Below, in pieces: positions 53,864 through 64,000 of a DNA stretch of 64,000 nucleotides. Position numbers and translations under genes: made by a program. Origin of the DNA: Lingula anatina (Eukaryota > Animalia > Brachiopoda); contig CM120643.1 in NCBI GenBank assembly GCA_051362555.1, forward strand, positions 22,696,848-22,760,847. Direction: 5' to 3'. The notes beneath the pieces are model-generated. The model had not been told where the DNA came from. It worked only from the letters and a program-made list of their open reading frames with translations, and searched no databases. The first letter of the stretch is position 1. Every line of letters begins with the position of its first letter.

Positions 53864-55201
53864 TGTGTGTGTGCAAATGAAAGCATGTAGGTGTTTGCAA
53901 GTAAGACAGTGCATGAACATACATACTCTCACAATATGTGTATGCGAAACATGGATTGCACATACTATCTTGAATATGTACAAGATAAAGTTTGCTTGAT
54001 TGCCAGATTCAAAAGTAAAGGACATAGCAGGAATAAATTAGAAAGTGAATTTAGCTGCAAAGTGACAGACTGAAGTCAAAGAATGTTCAGAGTAAAAAGC
54101 ACAGTTAACAGAGGTCTCCAATGATATGTTTATAGAAGAGATCTATGTCATTATTGTAACAATTTTTTTCTTGTCACTTCGGTTTGTTGAAAACTGCGAG
54201 TAAGCACAATGATATACATAAAATGTATCCAACGAAAGGCAAACATAATCAAAACAGATATCACAATGACATCTATAACAGAGAAAACTGAATCATCACT
54301 ATTATTACAATGAGAATATTACAGTTATCGCCATGTTTATACTATCTTCCAATGAGAAGAAACTAATAACTACAGCACATTCCAGTAGAATTATAATTCA
54401 GAATTTACCTGTCTGTTCAAGCACCTTCAAACCTCCCCTGACTTAAATATTAACACTATCCCTGCTGTGCTGCTGGCAGGTGTTTGATCACATTATTCTC
54501 CATCTAGATCAACCTCACATTTTATACTGTCAATACCAGATATCCAGCCCTTAGTCCTCTTCAAATCCACATCAAATCACATTAAATACCAGGCATAGCC
54601 ACACATAAAGCTTTGGTCAACTTAGATGGGATTTACTCTCTGTCTTCAATAGCAGAGTAAATATTGACTAGAATGCCAAGTGCACTTGTCACGACTTGTG
54701 TATGTAAAGGGGGGGGGGGGGGGGTGAGTGAGAGAATGTGTGTGTGTGTGTTTATGTGTGTGTGCATGTGTAAGAGATTAAGAGCAAGAGTGAGAGAATG
54801 TATGTGTGTGTGTGTGTGTTTATGCATGTGTGAGATGAAAAGAGAGAGTTTTAGTGGGAATATTCATGTGTGAGAGATTAAGAGGAGGGGGCAATTGAAT
54901 GGCGGGGGAGGGAGGGAGTGAGAGAGGAAGGAAGTTAAGGAGGGAGACCACAGGTCTGACTAGAGTAGACAGAAAGCAGAAAAATCCATTTAAACTCTTC
55001 CAAAGCACTGGAATGCCATCAATTAACATCCTTCTCCCCTCCAAATATTTATAAATTATTCTTCAATGGGCATGCTTTTCAGCAGAAAATGATCACTTTA
55101 ACATTTTCTCTTTAGTCCAGGTATGCACAAACACCTGTCATAGCTATCTCCCAAATCTGCTGGTACATAACTTGGCATCCTTTTCTCAAATCTCACATTC
55201 C

Positions 55202-55304
55202 TAGTTTCTAAGATGAATGAATGTCAGCCATCACCTGCCATAGGGCCCAGGGACAAGGATAAAGATACCTGTGTTTACTGTCAGTTCATTCATCTTCGAA
55301 ACTA
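55202..55304. repeat. About 100-bp inverted repeat (mini-MITE or hairpin)
   Basis: TAGTTTCTAAGATGAATGAA ... TTCATTCATCTTCGAAACTA, 19 of 20 positions complementary. Confidence 0.55.
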
Positions 55305-58300
55305 CAAACTACAGACATTCGGTAGTGTTTTTTTTCTACTTAATCAAACTACTACTGGTTGCTCAATAATTTGAACATCATGCTGTGGACCCTGCAACTG
55401 ATTGCAATTACACGATAATGAGTTGTATATTTTGTTATTTTTATGAATATACAACTTTTTTACTGTTAATCTTGCTGTCATTATGTATTAACATATGACC
55501 ATTTCTCTGATAAGAAAAATCCAGTTTCTGTACTTGGCCAAAAACAAATTATTTTTCAGACAGAAGTCTAAATATCTACCTCAGTGGCATTGCCTGCATG
55601 ATGACCTTACCTAAACTTTACACAACCTGGGTCCAAACTTCCCAAACCACCTTTTTCAACATCAAACTATATGATTACTGTTCATTCAATAAGCCAAAGA
55701 ATTCTAATGGGTTCAGATTTCCACATAAAAAGTGGATGTTGATAGGGATCTCGCAATCCAATCCCTAGCAACTGTCGACAGTCAAAGCAGTGTTTATGAC
55801 CACGCTGAGAGGCTAAGTTATGAATTATTATATGAACTTCCATTCTGTGGTGTAAACCCAATGGTGTTTAAGCATCATAAAGTTTACTCAAACATGCAGG
55901 TGTAAAATATTGCCAGCTCTGCAAAAGGCCTACAGCCAGCAATTTCAAATTGGGGGGGGGGGGTCTGAAAAATCAAATCGAGTCAGTGTAAAACCAAGCT
56001 CTCAGTCAGATTCAGAGCAGGCCTTTTTCAGTCAAATTAACTGACATGTTGAAATATCACATGGTGGATAGATATTGCCCTAGGTGGGGCACTGTGGGAG
56101 GGGAAAATATCACTACACACTTGGCATGTACTCCAGAAAAAAAAAAATACTCCTTTTAGTGATTCACTTTAAAATATTGAATAGTAAAAATAAAAGGTGA
56201 ATTCTAGGTGCACATGCAAAAGCATGATGGCCAACTACGCTTCTGTCCAAACAAAAAGCATCATTTAAAAAAATATTATTATCTATAAAAAAAATCATAA
56301 AAACACAGATACCTTGGGCAGTCTGTCAAAGTCTGGTTTTGCTGTTCACCACTACCCGTACACACTGACTGCACTGACCACATTCTTCAACTGGTCACCA
56401 TCATAGACTATACTCTAGGTCTCCTGGATTGTGCACTGACAATATGGAACATCCTATCTCACCTTACCAACTGCTTTATACTTATGATGAGCACTAACCA
56501 ATGGGAACAGATGTTTCATATACCAAGAAAACTTTTGACCAATAGGCAAAAGTATTACATCTTTATTCATCATATATACTGATCAATCACAAGGTGACAA
56601 TTATAATTATTTGACCCAGAAAAACCTATCAGATCAAAGATCTGATATTTCTTGTTGACTGGGTTCATATCAGTTCATTGAATAATATCCATAAACAAAT
56701 GCATGAGAATACTTCTTTTTGGAAGAAGCTGCAAAAGTGCTGAGTATGATTAATGTTACAACAGCCTACCACCAGTAAGTCTTTTCAGACAGAGGAAAGC
56801 TTTCCTGCAAATAAAAACTTTACAATGCTGTAACCATGTTGAATGATTAACTTTATCTAATCAGCTTTACACAACAAGGGTTTCCCTTTGTTTGACCAAT
56901 CATTGTGATTCTCAGAATTTAATTCCTTTCTCTTATTAATCCACAATTTTGAGATAATTCCCCCACATTAATCCTCCTTCCCTACTCCAGTTAATCCTTT
57001 CATCCAGATTTTGCATCCATCTTACTCTGGTATTAATTTCTCGGGACTACTACTACTAGTACTAGTATATTGATAAATATAGTAATTTCAGCATAGTTGT
57101 AAAACATAAAATGTCATATGCTGAAAATCAGACACTTATAACATGTACATTTATTTAATCTTATGCTATACCAACCTTTTCATAATGTGCAGGGATGGGT
57201 TAAGCAATGATTTGTGAATAGATCAAAAATTCTTTTGGTTTTTTGAAGAAAATTTCATTTGGTAGAAAAATCACAGTTACCTTTAAGTCCACTTACAGTT
57301 TGCAAAATATACCTTACCCTAGCAGATGTATTCCCTGACCAGGGGTCTCTCTGTCAAGCTCCCAAATAGATGTGAACTATTATATTACAATCCACTTACC
57401 ACACCTGTTTACATACATTACAGTTACAATACTGAGCACCGCACCAATACTGTTTACCTTCAATGACCAATACATGATCAATACAGTGTAAAAACAAAAC
57501 GAAACAAGGGACACAGTCCCAGAGAGACTGGAGCCGTGAAATGGAAAACAGTGGAATCAATTACACAGGCGGAACTTTGTTCTGTTGACACCACTGGGGT
57601 CTGCTGCGTAATATTTACCCTACCTGTGGGTTCTTTTTATTATGAAGAAGAAAGACCGCGACCCATGTTGTGTGGCTGTGAAAAACAAGAGGAAACAAAT
57701 AGATCAATAAATTCCGCAAAAAAGGGGTCATGTTTAATTGGAATATTTTGTTTGTGTAGTGAAAAATGTTTTCAATCTGTTTAATTCACATTTGACCTGA
57801 GAAATTAGAGTCATTTCAATAATTTCAATAAGCTCCTTTGTTTGGCTTTGTAAACCAGTTCAGATATAAATATGGGCTTGCACTTAGTCTATGATCCAGT
57901 TCATTATTTTCATGGTTGGGTTTAAGACTTTGTTCAATATCTTACATATAGCTAGACTTCAGAGGATAAGATACATTATTGACAATGGCTCGAATTTTAT
58001 CACTTGGCAAAATGTTGATGAAAAATAAATGAACTGTCAATTGATCATGATATGAATTGTCTCTGATCAACAGACTAAAATGGTAAAAATATCCCTATGC
58101 ATGAAGATATTATGGAGTTGTCATTCTTTGAAATTTTCCTACATATCCTCATTTCATCATAAAGAAAAAAACTATCCTGATTTCTTAAATCAAAAATATA
58201 ATTTGTACTCATTAAAATTGCTAAAGCACATCTGTTCATTTATATATCCAAATATATTCTTTTTAACATTCAAAATAATATAACTAATAACATAAACAGA

Positions 58301-59698
58301 TAACTGCTTTTGTACAAATATAAATACCACTCCACAATAAAGGGATTGTAAATATTTCCTCTAGTACAGAACCTGGGCCATGAGGTTATTCTGATATTTT
58401 TATCATGTTTTCTGTCATTTTTTCTTTACCTTTCTTTATCTTTAAAAAATTCCTTCAAACCAGTAGTTCATCAATATTTCATCTTTTTCTTGAGCTGATG
58501 ATGGCTTACCCACATCATCTACGAGTTATAATACTCAATTTAATCAACTGAGGAAAAAAACATATCCATGGCGTTCCAAGACAAAGGCTGAGTAACTTTT
58601 GGCTTGATCGCAAGGTTCAAATATTTCACAGCCCCGCCTAAGTTTAGACGTAAATTTAATCAAGTGCCATGAGTAACACCACGGCTTAAATACATTTAAC
58701 ACCCTGACTGAACTGTAGAAATCTCCGCCCACATGCACTTGGCAAAGAACCTTGTTGTGGCTTTCAATGAGGAATTGCAGTTAAACTGTACCTAAAACCA
58801 GCAGCAGAATTTTGCCTTGGTACCGAACTTTTTTATGCTCTTGTATTTTAAGGTTTCAAGACTGGATACATCAGTGACATTGTATACATGATTTAATATA
58901 TACGTGCTTTGGCGACTTACCTACTGATTGTCACATGCTTCAACCAAAAACGTTTCCACTTTTCTTTGTGTTAAAGTTTCCTCACTCCATCACGCTTCCA
59001 ACTTTGCCCTCGCGTACTTTATTGTTTGGCTAGCAGCTTACCTATACTTAAGTTTCGAACGTTTTGGATATATTTTATGTACTCAAAGTCTATTGATTAT
59101 CAACTGAATAAATTTAAAATTACTTGAAGTATTGTTTTCAATGAAATATATGTACCTCAAGTTAATTAACTGATAACCTGCGTCGAAGCTAAGACAAGTT
59201 TTGTAAACAGCTCTGTATCTGCAGCTGAGCACCAGGAACAAGCCGGTGGTGGTTTGTCTTTTGATAAGTAGTAGTGCGTATAAGTTGCTATCTATACTTG
59301 TAGCAAGTTATTGGCAGTAGATGAATTGAGCTTGCGGCTTGGCTGTGCGATTATTGTTTATTGTATTTTAAAAAAAACGCACTTATTTTACGCCTTGGCT
59401 TGGGTCAAGCACTAGCACGACTGTCTAGAGTTCCCACATTTAGCCTTACTCTTGGGGCACCTCCCCAATTAAACAGTTCAGGTGTACACTTCGTAACATT
59501 ATATACGTTAAATAAAAAGAACAATTATAAGACCTGAACCTGAAAAAATAATTGAAAAAGTTTGAAACCAAGTTCTTTTTCACACCAAGCAGTACATTTT
59601 CATTTTTCGCTAATCAGCAGGAGTCCCCACAGAATTGGTTACTTCTATGTAATACGATAGTTTCATTGGGAATGGAACCTTAGGCTTAATTTACGTAA

Positions 59699-59804
59699 GG
59701 CCACACTTTTTTAATTTTATGGATGACATCCTGCGCGCGCACCGATTTTCGTCCGTTCTCCAAAAAAAAAAAAAAAAAAAATCCCCCCCCCCAAACCGCC
59801 GCCG

Positions 59805-59838
<34 letters not shown>

Positions 59839-60708
59839 AGGAAGTCGGTTGTCGCAAACATCGTTGTTGAATTTGCCGGAAAATGCAATCGGCAATTCTC
59901 TGCTAATTCCGCAAGCTCCATACTGTCATTGTCGACTGCGGAGACATCCGAGTAGTTCCGAGTGTGGAAAATGAGCTTTCTGCGCATGCGTATTATCACC
60001 ACATGGAAATATGGCCGTTTTGCCGTCAACTTCATCTCTAGCATTAATTTCAAAATACACGACAATTAAAGTCATAAAGAGAACGGGGGCCGTCGTTTTG
60101 GATTGGTTTGCCATTGATATTGGACATGGAGATATCACCCTTTTACAATTTTACGAAAGGCTGGCCGCGGCCAGCAATCATCGCCCGGAAAATTTCAGTG
60201 ACATTCTGTCCAAAGCAGCACATACCAGTTTCTTTTTGGAGCGAAAAAAGGGTCGACAAGAGCGTCGCGGTATTTGGTGGACTGAAGGTCGGACAGGCCA
60301 CCCGATAGTTGGCTGCTAGCGTGTGAGTCGAAGTAGACAAAATGGCATCGACCGAAATTACCTTAGTAGTAGGAAGCATAGGCCTATCTTTGCTTAATTT
60401 TTTAACAATTCTGTGAAGTGTTTACAATGCTTTAATTTTCTGAGAGTACAAATAAAGACACGCTATTTATTTGATATTTGTTTTATTGGTTTCTATACCA
60501 ACAGAATGCATGAAATAACCTTAAATAGATTTGGTAATATGCAGCATATATATGTGGTAAATTAGTGTTTCCAGCTGTGTACTGAAAACATAACTTTTCT
60601 TAAGCAGTTTTTTTTTTTTTTTTTGGACTGTTTTTTTTTTTTTCGCCCGCTCGCACCGACTTTGGGGTCCCCAGAGGATGTCATCCATAAAAATAAAAAA
60701 GTGTGGCC
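59699..60708. mobile_element. Non-autonomous PIF/Harbinger-like element, about 1.0 kb, with an internal ORF
   Basis: TAA on both sides; about 33-bp near-perfect TIRs GGCCACACTTTTTTAATTTTATGGATGACATCC / GGATGTCATCCATAAAAATAAAAAAGTGTGGCC; CpG-richer interior; ORF 60011-60319. Confidence 0.8.
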
Positions 60709-61680
60709 TAATAAAAAAAGCCAGGATATTGCATCTGAAACTGGTGTGATACATAAAAATGTACTAACTGCTTGGTGTGAATTAAAAGGGAATTTGTGGT
60801 TTCAAACTTTTTTTGTTTATCATGATTAATGCATTTCTTCATATTAAGGCCTTGGTCTGGGGTGGATGCAGAGCTATTTTCTGACAGTCTTTTTTGTAGA
60901 CCAATCCTCCATTTTTGAGCATCTTCCGAAAAAAAAATAAAAAATAAAAATAAAAAGATACTTGTCAATGTAAACTTGAAAATCTGATTGTCTTTCAGAA
61001 GATGGCCTCAATCTGCCCCTGTTGGCTATAATTATTATATTTGTTTTAGATATATAACACGAAGAAGTGTATACCTGAACTGAACTCTGCCCTTCCATCC
61101 AAATACAAGGTTATTGACCTACAGTTAATCTCCATCTCTATACACATTATATTTTTTCAGTCAGATGTCCCATGGGCATGGTCTAATTCTTCACTGTGGA
61201 ACCTGGGGGCTAGCTGCCAGCACTGCTAATAAAAAAAAAAGGAAAGGAAGAAAGACTAGTCATTATTGGTCAGACTCCCACATGGAATAAATACAAGATT
61301 TTAACAAATTCAGGTTGAGCAATTTGAGATGCCAAACCTAGAAGGTCAAAACTACTAGTAACAAGACTGCATGATGTCACACGATAACATGAGAAAGATA
61401 ACAGTGAGTGGACTTGATGAACATGCTCTTGAAAACTAGATAACTTTGATAAGCTGGAATACAGGTTTATAATGCAGCAGTAGAATAGCCTCATATTTGC
61501 AGACTGGCACATCGAAATGTGATTAGATCCAGGGTATATTATATATAATATATTACCAATTAAAGCGAACTTTGGAATATTAACATGTGCAGTAGCTTTG
61601 ACTAAAATACATAAAGATTGCAAACCAGTAGATCCTTCTAATTAACTGCCTCAGGAGGAAAATACCAGAAAGATTTAATA

Positions 61681-63754
61681 ATGCTTCACCAGAGCCAATC
61701 CCCGTTCAGCAACAGGTTTGCCCAGTTCTTGGACTGGGTGTGTTTCTACATGTACAGGCCATGGTATCTGCTATTGGATGAGTTTCTATGCTGCTTCGTC
61801 CCCACAACACAGGAATTGAAGACCCCATGGCGACGGCTACCACATCTTTTTATCATAGCACCACTCACACTGCTTGGCACTATAGCTACTCTTCCACTGT
61901 TGGTGATTAGTTTTTCTCTGTGGTTTCTGTTGGTGCAACCATTTATTGTGCAACCGTTCATCTACTCCTGTTCGATACGGAAAGAAACAGTGTCTTATTT
62001 GAAAGATCAGTATACATTTGTTACAGCTAATGTGTGTTTGCTGCCTAACTGTGTGGGGAGGATGAATAATTTGACTCATAATACCCTCAGAGGCTCTGAG
62101 ATGGGCAGAGAGTTTGCTAGGACTGGAGCCAAAGTTTCAGGTGATTGTGATGGTTGTGACGGAACATCACATCTAACGCAATTGTCTAAAGCTAACACTA
62201 CAATTAAAAATAATGGTCATGTTCAAAATGGTGCAGCTCCTGTAAGAATACCAGCAGCAAAGGGAAAAGAAGAGGATCCTATAGATCATGCCATTCTCAC
62301 AGAATTTCCAGCATCTGATTTTGTCTGCTTCCAAGAAACATTTGATCGACAGAGCAGTAAAAGATTGGTAGAAGAACTTCACAAGTGCTATCCATACATT
62401 ATCTATGACGTAGGTGTTCATAGCTTGCATAGTAATTTTTATACCTACAACAGTGGCCTTGCCATTGCCAGCAAGTATCCTATAATGCATGCAGAATTTG
62501 ACTACTTTCAAGACAGTAAAATGCAGTGCCGTTTGTCCTCCAAAGGAGTTCTTATCACTAAAGTAAGTGTGATAGTGGTGTGCTTCAAGATATTATGGCA
62601 GGTTAAAATGTTTAATTTAAAAAGTATTATGTTTTACTTAAATGGCTGGAAGGTTTTGGGCTGTAATATATATCCTTTCATCTTCAGTGTATGACCAGTA
62701 AGTGGTTTGCAACATGAATCATTTCAGGGAGCACTAGGTCTTGGGCCATCACATACTACATATTTTGTACATGAAAATGACATTTTTATGCCCTCATTGT
62801 CCTAAGATTAACAGCATATGTTTTTTAAAATCTATATCAGCAGTGGCAAGTTGCTTCTGAAAATGCTGAACCTGCAGAAGTATATAAATTTTTAATTGAA
62901 GTAGTTCTGGCACATATAACATATATTTGGTGGTTCAGCACTCAGGCACATTCCAAAAATGGGAGCATCTAGATCTAAATCACACTGAACACATTTAGTG
63001 AATTTACTATGGCATATTGTCATAATTTCAGATCCTATTAGGACAGAACAGCACAGGACAAGATGTAGTTGGATACCTGACAAATACTCACTTACAAGCA
63101 TATCCAGGTAAACTTAAGGTGGTGAGGTTGTAAGTTAAAAGTTGCTGTATTGATTAAGGTATATACACACTATATCAGGCTAAGAATACAATAATGAAAA
63201 GCTTGGATATGAAATGTTTGTTTATAATTGGATATGTCAAGAGAAAAAAGTTCAGATATGATGAGAAAGAGACAATATATGTAATGTTCTTTGTCTTAAA
63301 TCATCCTGTTTTCTTTTTTGGTACTTTTTCTGATGTCCTGAAATTACAACCCCCAACTCATCAAATTGCATTTTTACATTAAAGCAAAAAAGCAGTGCAT
63401 GTCTTATTGACTTGGCCTAAGTCAAATAGAAAAAAATAAAGGGTCTGCTAATTGCTTGATTGATAAACAGGTAATGAAATTTTTAGGGACCTTAGAAATA
63501 TTGCAATAATTGTAGTTTTTCTTGTCAAAACCCTTTAAGTCCTATCATAAGTGAATTAGGCAATGGAAAAATAAATATTTCAGTAATATCAAGATATATT
63601 ATCTTAATTGCAGGCAAGGATAAAACACATCTAAAACAGTTAGACTGCTTGGTGCAATGGTTGGAGGAGTTTAGGTCCAAGAAGGATTCCTTTGGGGAAG
63701 TGGTCGCCTTTGATGTAGTGTGCGGTGACTTCAACTTTGATAATATGTCTCCAG
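61681..63754 (+). CDS. SMPD3: Neutral sphingomyelinase (nSMase2, SMPD3/SMPD5 family), first three coding exons; continues beyond the window
   Basis: Exons 61681-62562, 63032-63107, 63614-63754 splice in frame. Two N-terminal hydrophobic segments; TANVCLLP, DFVCFQETFD, NSGLAIASKYPI, SKGVL, NTHLQAY, FDVVCGDFNFDN. SMPD3 versus SMPD5 orthology is not resolvable by eye. Confidence 0.9.
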
Positions 63755-63852
63755 GTAAGTTACATATTTCAGGTACAGCGATATACAGTTGGGCCCTATT
63801 ACATGTAAGTTTATATGACTGTGAGATGTGCATAAAATATTGCATAATTATG

Positions 63853-64000
63853 CAGGGGCGGATTTAGGCCGTCTTCTGGGTCTTCCAGAAGACGGTCAGA
63901 TTTTCAAGTTTACATTGACAGGTATCTAATGTTTTCTGTCGGAAGACGGTCAAAAATGTAGGATGGATCAACAAAGATAATTTTGAAGACTGTCAGAAAA
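63853..64000. mobile_element. MITE family A copy in the sphingomyelinase intron, truncated by the window edge
   Basis: CAGGGGCGGATTTAGGCCGTCTTCTGGGTCTTCCAGAAGACGGTCAG..., nearly identical to 37888-38054. Confidence 0.85.

Noticed and set aside
59686-60065. Poly-Pro/Gly/Lys ORFs here and near 28958, 35654, 39667, 44462, 54633
   Set aside because: Products of homopolymer and dinucleotide tracts.

Overview
AT-rich, intron-containing animal DNA, most likely a marine invertebrate such as a mollusc (taxon inferred from gene and transposon repertoire, not proven). Gene models below were assembled by hand from GT-AG splice sites and reading phase; homology calls rest on recalled reference sequences, not on a database search. 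Six genes in order: (1) CEP192, minus strand, about 38 coding exons from 27924 to 402, running off the left edge, with one 3,072-nt exon; (2) a 59-aa STMP1-like mitochondrial microprotein missed by the ORF track, head-to-head with CEP192; (3) coactosin-like COTL1, minus, 143 aa; (4) an unassigned secreted, cationic 10-cysteine peptide, plus, 90 aa; (5) an RNF41-like/RNF151-like RING ligase with a single coding exon, minus; (6) the 5' part of a neutral sphingomyelinase of the SMPD3/SMPD5 family, plus. Many non-autonomous DNA transposons are present: a Ginger1-type foldback element nested in a MITE, a DINE-1/Helentron-like element carrying tandem arrays, a decayed Tc1/mariner with a nested TAA-TSD MITE, a Harbinger-like element with a cargo ORF, and three CAG...CTG families with 5-6-bp TSDs. 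The best novelty candidates are the orphan Cys-rich peptide and the odd 5' architecture of CEP192. I found no tRNA, rRNA or CRISPR array, and no convincing multi-gene novel system.
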